Below are positions 28,021 through 36,369 of a DNA stretch of 64,000 nt, piece by piece. Numbering within the stretch: the stretch's first letter is position 1; the number at the start of each line of letters is the position of its first letter. The DNA comes from Pseudomonadota bacterium (GTDB lineage Bacteria > Pseudomonadota > Gammaproteobacteria > Burkholderiales > Ga0077523), in contig CAUJJX010000030.1 in the NCBI GenBank assembly GCA_963205165.1, forward strand, positions 878 to 64,877, in the 5' to 3' direction. A model generated the notes under the pieces. The model made no database searches. It was not told where the DNA came from and saw nothing but the letters and a program-made list of their open reading frames with translations. A program made the translations under genes and the position numbers.

Positions 28021-28872
28021 ATGGCAACGATACTGACCGCGGAGCAGCAGGCCGCGTACGAGCGCGACGGCTTCGTGATGGTGAAGGGCCTGTTCGACGC
28101 CGAGGAGATCCGCCTGATGCGCGAGGCGATCGAGACCGACCCGAAGATCCGCGACAACTTCTACAACCGCAACGACGCGTCGGGTCTCGCGACGCGCATG
28201 GCGCTCTGGAACCATCCGGGCGACAGCGTCTACGGACTCGCGGCGCGCAGCCATCGGGTCGTCGACACGATGGAGGCGATGCTGGGCGGCGAGGTCTATC
28301 ACTACCACTCGAAGCTCACGGCCAAGGAGCCCTTCGAAGGCGGCGCCTGGGAGTGGCACCAGGACTACGGCTACTGGTATCACAACGGTTGCGTGTTCCC
28401 GTACATGGCGAGCGTGATGGTCGCGCTCGATCGCGCCGATCGCAGCAATGGCTGCCTGCAGGTCGTGCGCGGTTCGCACCTGTGCGGTCGCATCGAGCAC
28501 GGCGTCCTCGAAGGCGAGCAGGTCGGCGCCGACCCGACGCGCGTCGCGCAGATCCTCGAGCGCATGGAACTCGTGTACGCCGAGATGGATCCGGGCGACG
28601 GACTCTTCTTCCACGCGAACACGCTGCACCGATCCGACCAGAACCGTTCGCCCAATCGCCGCTGGACCGTGCTGTTCTGCTACAACGCGGCGCGCAACGA
28701 CCCCTATCTCGAGCATCACCATCCGCGCTACACGCCGCTCGTGAAGGTGCCCGACAGCGCCGTCCGCGAAGCCGGTGTGCGGCTGTCGACCGGCGCCGAC
28801 GAAGGCTTCCGCTCGAAGTCGGCGAATCCGCCCGAGATCAAGCGGAAGATCGACGGCGATCGCGTCGCCTGA
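28021..28872 (+). CDS. Phytanoyl-CoA dioxygenase (PhyH) family Fe(II)/2-oxoglutarate oxygenase
   Basis: The facial triad is WEWHQDYGYW (HxD) with a distal His in FFHANTLHRSDQN. The N-terminal LTAEQQAAYERDGFVMVKGLF is typical of PhyH/EctD-like enzymes. The RBS is GGAGGAG. Confidence 0.8.
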   Translation: MATILTAEQQAAYERDGFVMVKGLFDAEEIRLMREAIETDPKIRDNFYNRNDASGLATRMALWNHPGDSVYGLAARSHRVVDTMEAMLGGEVYHYHSKLTAKEPFEGGAWEWHQDYGYWYHNGCVFPYMASVMVALDRADRSNGCLQVVRGSHLCGRIEHGVLEGEQVGADPTRVAQILERMELVYAEMDPGDGLFFHANTLHRSDQNRSPNRRWTVLFCYNAARNDPYLEHHHPRYTPLVKVPDSAVREAGVRLSTGADEGFRSKSANPPEIKRKIDGDRVA

Positions 28873-29029
28873 CGTTCGCTGCACGCGGTCCGATGTCACG
28901 CATCGGGCCGCTGGCCGCATCGCCTGCGGATCCTCTGCCGAACGTGCCCGACGGTCATCACCGGCGCGCCGGTCGCAGGGATAGAATCGGGCTCGACCTT
29001 CATCGCACCGGCATCCGGTCCATCGCCCC

Positions 29030-30028
29030 GTGACACTGCTCTCGTTGATCTTTTCGTTGCTGCTGGAACAGGTGCGGCCGGCGTCGAAGCCGCGGGTGTT
29101 TCCGTTCGATGTCTTCCTGCGCTACGCCGACGCCGTCGCGCGCAATTTCAACGGCGGCCAGCAGCGCCACGGACTGCTTGCCTGGATCGTCGCGGTGGGG
29201 CCGTGGGTCCTGCTGGCCGATCTCGGTTTCTGGTTCTTCTCCGAACTCGGTGGTCTGCCGGGTTCGTGGCAGCGCGTGATGCTCGGGCTCGCCTGGAACG
29301 TCGCCGTGCTGCATTTCACGATGGGCCTGCGCGAAGTGAGCAACGGGTTCACGACGGTCCACGACGCGCTGCGTGATGGTCGGCTCGACGACGCCCGCGG
29401 CCAGGTGCAGCAGTGGTCCGATGGCCCCGTCGACGAGTACACGCCCGACGATCTCGCGAAGGCCACGATCGAACTCGGCATCGCGCGCTCGCATCGTCAG
29501 CTGTTCGGCGTGCTCGCGTGGTTCGCCGTCCTGCCGGCGTTGCTCGGATCGATCCTGCCGGGCGCGCTCGGCGTGCTGCTCGGCGGGCCGGGCGGTGCAG
29601 TGCTCTACCGCCTCGCAACGCTGCTCGACGAGCGCTGGGGACGCACCGAGGACGATGCCTTCCGCGAGTTCGGACACAGCGCCCGGACCATCGCGTGGTG
29701 GCTCGACTGGGTGCCGGTGCGGCTGACCGCGATCTCGTTCGCGATCGTCGGCGACTTCGAGGACGCCGTGATGTGCTGGCGTTCGCAGGCGCAGGCGTGG
29801 GTCGATGGCCAGATCGGCATCGCGCTCGCGAGCGGAGCCGGCGCGCTGGGCGTCCGGCTCGGCGAGACGCTGCACCGCGGCGGGACCGTCGTCATGCGGC
29901 CGGAACTCGGGCTCGGCGACGACGTCGATCACGAACATCTCAACAGCGCCGTGGGTCTCGTCTGGCGCGCGCTCGTCCTGTGGATCCTGGTGGTCGCACT
30001 GATGACCGTCGCGAGCTGGGTGAGCTGA
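29030..30028 (+). CDS. CobD/CbiB-AmpE family integral membrane protein
   Basis: It has a GTG start. The multi-TM protein begins MTLLSLIFSLLLEQVRP and contains SHRQLFGVLAWFAVLPALLG ... ISFAIVGDFEDAV, resembling the AmpE/CobD-like family. The assignment is from memory only. Confidence 0.6.
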   Translation: MTLLSLIFSLLLEQVRPASKPRVFPFDVFLRYADAVARNFNGGQQRHGLLAWIVAVGPWVLLADLGFWFFSELGGLPGSWQRVMLGLAWNVAVLHFTMGLREVSNGFTTVHDALRDGRLDDARGQVQQWSDGPVDEYTPDDLAKATIELGIARSHRQLFGVLAWFAVLPALLGSILPGALGVLLGGPGGAVLYRLATLLDERWGRTEDDAFREFGHSARTIAWWLDWVPVRLTAISFAIVGDFEDAVMCWRSQAQAWVDGQIGIALASGAGALGVRLGETLHRGGTVVMRPELGLGDDVDHEHLNSAVGLVWRALVLWILVVALMTVASWVS

Positions 30029-30050
30029 ACGCCGTGCGTTCAGCCCGTCG

Positions 30051-31028
30051 TCACGGGCGTTTCGCGCGTTCCAGTTCCGTCGCGATGCGCCGGTAGGCCG
30101 CGAGGCGGCGCGGGTCGATCGTGCCGGCGGCCTCGGCCGCAGCGATGGCGCAGTCCGGCTCGTTGACGTGCCGGCAGTTCGCGAAGCGGCACTTCCCGAT
30201 GTGCGGCCGGAACTCGACGAAGGCGTGGTCGAGCGCCCGCACGTCGAGATGGTGCAGACCGAACTCCTGCAGGCCCGGCGAATCGATGATCGCGCTCTTC
30301 CGGTCGCGCCCGTCGAGCCAGTAGAGGCGCGCGTGCGTCGTCGTGTGCTTGCCGGAGTCGAGCACCGTCGAGACCTCCGCCGTCGCGGCGAGCGCTTCCG
30401 GCACGAGCGAATTCACGATCGTCGACTTGCCCATGCCCGACTGCCCGACCATCACCGAGAGATGTCCGGCGAGCAGTTCGCGCAGCGGCGTGACGTCATT
30501 TCGGGCGACGAGCGGCAGCACGCGATAGCCGAGTCGCGCGACGGCATCGAGCGATTTCAGGGCGGCGTCGGCTTCGGGAAGATCGCACTTGTTCAGCACG
30601 ACGAGTGCACCGATGCCCGCGCTCTCGGCGGCGGCGAGCGCGCGATGCAGGAGCTCCTCGTAGTAGCTCGGGAACGTCGCGAGCACGAGCACCACCTGCG
30701 TGACATTGGCCGCGATGATCTTCTGCTTGAACGCATCCGACCGGTACAGCAGCGACGTGCGTTCCGCGACCTTCTCGATGACGCCCTGCGCCGGCCCGGT
30801 CTCCGCGAAGTCGACGCGGTCGCCGCAGGCGATCTCCCCGCGCTTGCCGCGCGTGACGCACGTGAACGTGGCGCCGTCGGCGTCCTCGACCAGGAAGCTC
30901 CGGCCGAAGGCCGCGATGACCGTGCCGTCGCGACGCGGACGTTCGCTCACGACGGCATCCGCGGGATCGTGCGGCGCAGGTTCAGGAGGGCTCCGCGGCG
31001 GCAACCGCGCGACGACGTTCGCGCACAT
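30051..31028 (-). CDS. rsgA: Ribosome small-subunit-dependent GTPase A
   Basis: It has an OB-like N-terminus (GTVIAAFGRSFLVEDADG...CVTRGKR). The circularly permuted GTPase is shown by LNKCDL ... GQSGMGKSTIVNSL ... DSPG. The zinc knuckle is CRFANCRHVNEPDC. The ATG at 31028 overlaps the aroG 3' end by 47 nt. GTG at 30950 is an alternative start. Confidence 0.85.
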   Translation of the reverse strand: MCANVVARLPPRSPPEPAPHDPADAVVSERPRRDGTVIAAFGRSFLVEDADGATFTCVTRGKRGEIACGDRVDFAETGPAQGVIEKVAERTSLLYRSDAFKQKIIAANVTQVVLVLATFPSYYEELLHRALAAAESAGIGALVVLNKCDLPEADAALKSLDAVARLGYRVLPLVARNDVTPLRELLAGHLSVMVGQSGMGKSTIVNSLVPEALAATAEVSTVLDSGKHTTTHARLYWLDGRDRKSAIIDSPGLQEFGLHHLDVRALDHAFVEFRPHIGKCRFANCRHVNEPDCAIAAAEAAGTIDPRRLAAYRRIATELERAKRP

Positions 31029-32058
31029 CGGCGGCGAGCGACTCGAGGACGGCGATGCTGTCGTCCCAGCCGATGCAGCCGTCGGTAATGCTCTGACCGT
31101 ACGTGAGTTCGCGGCCGGCGACGAGGTCCTGGCGACCCGCGACGATGTGGCTCTCGACCATCAGGCCGAAGATCCGGGTGTCGCCGCCGGCGACCTGCCT
31201 GCCCACGTCGGCGCAGACCGACGGCTGGTTCGCGGGATCCTTGCGGCTGTTCGCGTGGCTCGCGTCGACCATGATCCGTTGCGCGAGTCCGGCCTGCGCG
31301 AGATCGCGGCATGCGGCCTCGATGCTCGCGGTGTCGAAGTTCGGCGCCTTGCCGCCGCGCAGGATCACGTGGCAGTCCTCGTTGCCGCTCGTCGACACGA
31401 TCGCGGAGTGACCGGCCTTCGTGACCGACAGGAAGTGGTGCGGCTGCTGCGCCGCCTTGATCGCGTCGACGGCGATCCGGATGTTGCCGTCGGTCCCGTT
31501 CTTGAACCCGACCGGGCACGACAGGCCCGAGGCGAGCTCGCGATGCACCTGGCTTTCGGTCGTCCGGGCACCGATCGCGCCCCACGAGACGAGGTCCGCG
31601 ATGTACTGCGGCGTGATCATGTCGAGGAACTCGCAGCCGGTCGGCATGCCGAGTTCGGCGATGTCGGCGAGCAGTTCGCGCGCGATGCGCAGGCCGCGGT
31701 TGATCTGGAAGCTGCCATCGAGGTCGGGATCGTTGATGAGGCCCTTCCAGCCGACCGTCGTGCGGGGCTTCTCGAAGTAGACGCGCATCACGATCTCGAG
31801 ATCGGCGCCGAGCGAGCGGCGGTACTCGAGCAGGCGGTTTGCGTAGTCGCGCGCCGCCACCGTGTCATGGATCGAGCAGGGGCCGATGACCACGACGAGG
31901 CGATCGTCCATGCCGTGCAGGATCCGGTGGATGGCCTGGCGCGAACCGCTCACGACATCGGCCGCGGCCGCAGAGCAGGGAAATTCGCGCACCAGATGGG
32001 AGGGCGGCGCGACTTCGGTGATCGCGCGGATGCGCAGGTCGTCGGTGCTGTGCTGCAT
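30982..32058 (-). CDS. aroG: Class I 3-deoxy-7-phosphoheptulonate (DAHP) synthase
   Basis: The 358-aa product contains IGPCSIHD, RVYFEKPRTTVGWKGLINDP, GARTTESQVHRELASGLSCPVGFKNGTDG and VDASHANS. The isoenzyme type (Phe/Tyr/Trp-sensitive) cannot be told from sequence alone. ATG at 32058 is used. Confidence 0.9.
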   Translation of the reverse strand: MQHSTDDLRIRAITEVAPPSHLVREFPCSAAAADVVSGSRQAIHRILHGMDDRLVVVIGPCSIHDTVAARDYANRLLEYRRSLGADLEIVMRVYFEKPRTTVGWKGLINDPDLDGSFQINRGLRIARELLADIAELGMPTGCEFLDMITPQYIADLVSWGAIGARTTESQVHRELASGLSCPVGFKNGTDGNIRIAVDAIKAAQQPHHFLSVTKAGHSAIVSTSGNEDCHVILRGGKAPNFDTASIEAACRDLAQAGLAQRIMVDASHANSRKDPANQPSVCADVGRQVAGGDTRIFGLMVESHIVAGRQDLVAGRELTYGQSITDGCIGWDDSIAVLESLAADVRERRRAVAAAEPS

Positions 32059-32257
32059 GGGATGGCCACGTCTGGAGAGGGGAGTCGCCGATGAAGCCAC
32101 AGAAGCGCGACGCGGTGCAAGCGTCGCGAAGGCGGCTCCCGAGCGGTACGAGGGCCGACGACGCGGCGGTTGCCGGGACGGGCAGTGAAGGCCGGCAGGC
32201 TGCCCGCGGCTGCGGCCCGTCGATGCACCGCGCAAGGTCGTCGCGCGTCGTGCGTCG

Positions 32258-35200
32258 TCAGTGGTCGGCGTGCGTCCCGCCGCGCAGCAGGCTCACGAGA
32301 TTGCCGAAAGCGCGATCGAACAGCGGGGACGCCTCGATCGGGGTCAGCTGGCCGTTGCGGATGTAGCTCGTCACCTGGTAGAGCGAGTACTCGGCGACCT
32401 TCTGGCCCTTGCGGTTGCTGAACACGAAGGTGCCGCGATACGGGCTCACCAGCGACAGCCGCGCCTGGACGGCATCGCGCCCCTCGAGGCGGATCTCGAC
32501 CCAGTCGCCTTCCTTCATGGCGTTCACGGTCTGGACCGCCGGATCGAGCGCGGCGCCCGGTGCACTGCCGCTCGGCGCAAAGCCCGGCAGGTCGCCGAAG
32601 TTGACTTCCTCGACCTCGATGTCTCCGTCGCCGAACGGATTGCGCACCTTCACGGTCGGGAAGTTCGCCGGCGGCGCTTCGAGCGTCATCTCCTCGACGA
32701 ACGGGAGCGGTTCCGTGATGGGTGGTTCCGGTGCCGGGGCGGGAGGCACCGGTCGCAGGCCTGCGGGCGAGAGCGTGATGTCGGGATTGCTGGCAGGCAT
32801 GCCGTCGAACGAGACTTCCTCGATGATCATGCCGCCCGGAATCGTGGTGTCCGGGTTCGGAACCGGCCGGGTCTCCGCTGCCGGTGCCGGCTCCGGTGCG
32901 AGTTCGGACGGTGGTGCGAAGGGCGCAGCGGTATCGGCGGGCGGCGGCGTCTGCAACTCCGGGGGGGCTGCACTCGCGGGCGGGGGCGCGATCTTCCGGG
33001 CGGGCTTCGGGCGCGGCGGTTCCGCGGAGGACGCGCTGCCGCCGGCGATCGTCCGGGCGTGGCAGCGCATCAGGACGGCGTTGAAGCGCTCGCGGAGTTC
33101 CGGATCGGTTCCCGCGACTTCCATGCCCTTCGAGAGCCGCTTCAGCAGGCCGGGGAGCAGTGACACGAGACGCCGACGCTCGTCGACCGTGATCTTGGGC
33201 GTCAGGCTCCAGACGAGGATGTCCATCGTCTCGAGCAGGCTCGCCCAGGAGCGGCCCTCGCGGCCCGTCTTGGCGTACGCGAGGATCAGCAGCTTCATCC
33301 ACTCGGTCAGGAGGAAGCGCAGGACGAGCTTCGGCAGATTCTGGTTCTGGATACGGTTCTTCAGTTCGTTCTGGGCGAAGAGCCGCGCGACCTCGAGGCG
33401 TTCGCGGTCGCGGATCCGATTTTCCTCGACCTTGCCGGCGGTATCGGCGGTGCGATTCAGCTCGGTGATGATCGAGTCGAACTCGCCGGTGATCCGGTCG
33501 AAGACGCCGACGTCCTCCTGGAATTCCTCGACGAGGCGGGTGAGCGCCGATTCGATGCGCTGGTAGAGATCCGAGCTGCGGTCGAAGCCGTCGCCGAGAC
33601 CCAGCGACAATTCGCCGAGCGTGTCGAGCATCTGCCGCGCCGGATGGTTCTTGCGCGAGAAGAAGGTCTTGTCGAGGACGGCGACCTTCAGCATCGGGAT
33701 CTGGAGCCGGCCGATGAGGGCCTTCATCGCCGGCGGGATGCGGTCGTCACCGAAGATCTGGTCGAACAGCATCGACACGATGTCGAGCGTGACCGTGTCC
33801 ATCTGGCCCATCTGCTGACCGAGCGACGTGGACTTGAGTGCGCGAAGCACGTTCGGGGCGCTGGTCGGGAGGGTGGCGTCGGGATTGCCGCCCGGGGCGG
33901 AGAGCCACTCGCCGACGGAGTCCGACACGTCGGGAACACCGCCGAGATCGCCCTGCTGGATACGGGTCAGGGAGTTGATGAGGCGGGCCGTCGAGCGGGG
34001 TCCGCCGCCTGAGCCCGTGGCCATGACGTCGCCCGGCGGGTACGCGCCGCCGGCCAGGTCGCCACCGACACCGGCGCCGGAGCCACCGCCCGGGTATCCA
34101 CCGCCAGCGCCGGGATATCCACCGCCGCCGGGGCCGAAGCTCGCGCCCCCTGCGCTGCCGGGCGAACCGTCGTCGCCCATGCCGGGCGCGAAATCACCGC
34201 TGCCCGGGCCGGGCGCAAAGCCGCGGCCGCCTGCGCCGGAGCCACCGCCATTTCCACCTGTGGTGTCGCCGCCCGGGCCGCCCCCGCCGCCGTAACCACC
34301 TGCCGCGCCGCCAGGTCCGCCGAATCCTCCGGCCGGACCGCCAACACCTGTCCCACCACCGAATCCGCCACCATCCGAACCCGCGCCGCCGGTGCCGCCG
34401 GGGAACTGACCGCTTGCGCCACCGCCGGGCATGCCGGTGCCGCCGACACCGGGTGCCCAGCCAGCACCGCCACCGACGCCGCCCGAGGCGAGTCCGTCGA
34501 GCGGAGGCAGTGTGCCCGGCGCCGCCGGTGCGGCGCTGCCGCCGGCGGGCGTCGAGCCACCGGGGTATCCGGGCATGCCGGAAGCGCCAGGCGCGCCCGG
34601 GCCGGCAGGGAGCCGACCGGATGCGATGTTCGCGAGCAGCAACTGCTGCAGCATGGTGAACGGATCTGCGGCCGCGCCCGCCTGACCCATCGAGACGCCA
34701 ATGCCCGCAGCGTCGACCGACATCGCCGGGCCGGGGGGGGCGGCGGGCATCGCGCCGGCAACGCCTGGCGCACCGCCCGCACCAGCGGCAGGAGTGAAGG
34801 TTGCGCCGCCGGGCATGCCGCCCGTGGTCAGCGTCATGCCGGGGCCGAAGGTCATCATGCCGGCCGCGCCCGGGGCGCCTCCAGACATGATCGGCAACGT
34901 GACGCTGCCGACGATCGAGGGTTCCTGCGAGTCCGGTTTCGGGCCCTCGACGGGACCGGTGCCGATCTGCGGCTTCTTGCTGCTGCCGTAGCGGATCACC
35001 GGCAGGACGCCGTGCTTCTTCAGCAGTTCGTTCGTGTCACGGATCACCGAGACGGCTGCGGGACGCACATGCTTGTCGAAATGCCGGATGAGCAGCAGCT
35101 TGATCTTGAGTTCGATCGTCGCGGCCTTGAGCGCTTCGCGGAAAGCGCCGGTGATGCCGGTCGGCGCGAGCGGGTTGTCGGCGCTGTCGAGTTCGGGCTG

Positions 35201-35686
35201 ATCGAGGACCACGCCCATGCGCTGGTCGAGGGCGACGAGTTCCTCGTCGCACGAGTTGCGGATCTTGGCCGCGATCTCGGTGAAGCGGACGTCCTCGTCG
35301 AGATCGCTGTCCTCGACGAGCGACAGCTCGGTCCAGGATGAGGTCGTGAGGGAGAACTGCGCCTCGGCCTGGCGGGGCGCGGGGTCGATCGGTGCGAAGC
35401 GCTTCCCGACGGCTTCCCGGAATGCCGCCTGGACGGCGGTACGTTGCTCCGGCCAGGCGTCCTTGGCCTTCAGGAAGAAGTCGCGGGTGTCGCGCTCGAA
35501 GGAGCGTTCGGCCTGCTCGTAGAGCTCGTCGATGACTTCGTCGAACCCGAGGGCGAGCGCTTCGGACAGGCGTTCGACGGCCAGCGTGCGGCACTCGTCG
35601 AGCAAGGTGGTCTCGCCGGTGCCGCCTGCGTCGTTTCCGTCGCGGGCCTGGGGAAAGCTGATCACGTTGGAATTGGTCGCGCTCAT
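32258..35686 (-). CDS. Large cytoplasmic protein, DUF1631-like, with a ~300-aa internal Gly/Pro/Ala low-complexity region
   Basis: There is no signal peptide. The N-terminal helical region (LLDECRTLAVERLSEALALGFDEVIDELYEQAERS...) and the C-terminal ~550 aa resemble the DUF1631 family as I remember it. The start is either ATG at 35686 or in-frame ATG at 35728. Codon-position GC bias supports coding throughout. Confidence 0.6.
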   Translation of the reverse strand: MSATNSNVISFPQARDGNDAGGTGETTLLDECRTLAVERLSEALALGFDEVIDELYEQAERSFERDTRDFFLKAKDAWPEQRTAVQAAFREAVGKRFAPIDPAPRQAEAQFSLTTSSWTELSLVEDSDLDEDVRFTEIAAKIRNSCDEELVALDQRMGVVLDQPELDSADNPLAPTGITGAFREALKAATIELKIKLLLIRHFDKHVRPAAVSVIRDTNELLKKHGVLPVIRYGSSKKPQIGTGPVEGPKPDSQEPSIVGSVTLPIMSGGAPGAAGMMTFGPGMTLTTGGMPGGATFTPAAGAGGAPGVAGAMPAAPPGPAMSVDAAGIGVSMGQAGAAADPFTMLQQLLLANIASGRLPAGPGAPGASGMPGYPGGSTPAGGSAAPAAPGTLPPLDGLASGGVGGGAGWAPGVGGTGMPGGGASGQFPGGTGGAGSDGGGFGGGTGVGGPAGGFGGPGGAAGGYGGGGGPGGDTTGGNGGGSGAGGRGFAPGPGSGDFAPGMGDDGSPGSAGGASFGPGGGGYPGAGGGYPGGGSGAGVGGDLAGGAYPPGDVMATGSGGGPRSTARLINSLTRIQQGDLGGVPDVSDSVGEWLSAPGGNPDATLPTSAPNVLRALKSTSLGQQMGQMDTVTLDIVSMLFDQIFGDDRIPPAMKALIGRLQIPMLKVAVLDKTFFSRKNHPARQMLDTLGELSLGLGDGFDRSSDLYQRIESALTRLVEEFQEDVGVFDRITGEFDSIITELNRTADTAGKVEENRIRDRERLEVARLFAQNELKNRIQNQNLPKLVLRFLLTEWMKLLILAYAKTGREGRSWASLLETMDILVWSLTPKITVDERRRLVSLLPGLLKRLSKGMEVAGTDPELRERFNAVLMRCHARTIAGGSASSAEPPRPKPARKIAPPPASAAPPELQTPPPADTAAPFAPPSELAPEPAPAAETRPVPNPDTTIPGGMIIEEVSFDGMPASNPDITLSPAGLRPVPPAPAPEPPITEPLPFVEEMTLEAPPANFPTVKVRNPFGDGDIEVEEVNFGDLPGFAPSGSAPGAALDPAVQTVNAMKEGDWVEIRLEGRDAVQARLSLVSPYRGTFVFSNRKGQKVAEYSLYQVTSYIRNGQLTPIEASPLFDRAFGNLVSLLRGGTHADH

Positions 35687-36000
35687 CGGGTCGCGCTCAT
35701 CGCGGGCAGGTGGACAGGGGGCAGGCATCGGAGCGTCGGGGCGCGGCGTGCGTTGTCTGCCGGACCGGAAGCCGAAGGGACCTCGGCCGGACGGCTGCTC
35801 TGGATTTCGCGAATGACCCGAACTGCTTCATCCCAACGCGCGCCGGGCGCGTGCCCGGCCTCCTCGTGACGATCGTGTCCGGGACCCGCCGGTCGACGCA
35901 TGCTCGCGCGGCGACGGGGAGATCCCACCCTGAGATCGATTATCCACCGATCCGGCCGGAACTTGCGGTCCGGGACCGACGAACGGCAGTGCCGGCGGGA

Positions 36001-36366
36001 TCAAAGGTCGAACAGGGCGTCGATCTTCGCGGCGCAGATGAAGTCGTTGGTCGACAGGCCGCCGATCGCGTGGGTGATGTACGAGACCTTCGCCTGGTTG
36101 TAGCCGACGGCGATGTCCGGGTGGTGGTCTTCCCGGTGGGAGACCCACGCCGTCGCGTTCACGAAGGCCATCGTGTCGTGGTAGTCGCGGAATCGGTACG
36201 TCCGGGTGATGGCGCCGTCTTCCAGCGTCCAGCCGGGGAGGCCCTTCAGGAAGGTCGCGACCTCGGTCGCATCGAGCGGATCCACGCCGCCTTCGCAGGG
36301 CGCGCATTTCTGCCGGGTGAGGCCGGCGGCGATGTCATTCATCGAAAACTCCGTCGTTTCGGGCAT
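36001..36366 (-). CDS. phhB: Pterin-4-alpha-carbinolamine dehydratase (PCD/DCoH family)
   Basis: The family signature is SHREDHHPDIAVGYNQAKVSYITHAIGGLSTNDF. It starts 4 nt after the upstream M48 gene stop. An internal ATG at 36342 is the alternative start. Confidence 0.85.
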   Translation of the reverse strand: MPETTEFSMNDIAAGLTRQKCAPCEGGVDPLDATEVATFLKGLPGWTLEDGAITRTYRFRDYHDTMAFVNATAWVSHREDHHPDIAVGYNQAKVSYITHAIGGLSTNDFICAAKIDALFDL

Positions 36367-36369
36367 CGG

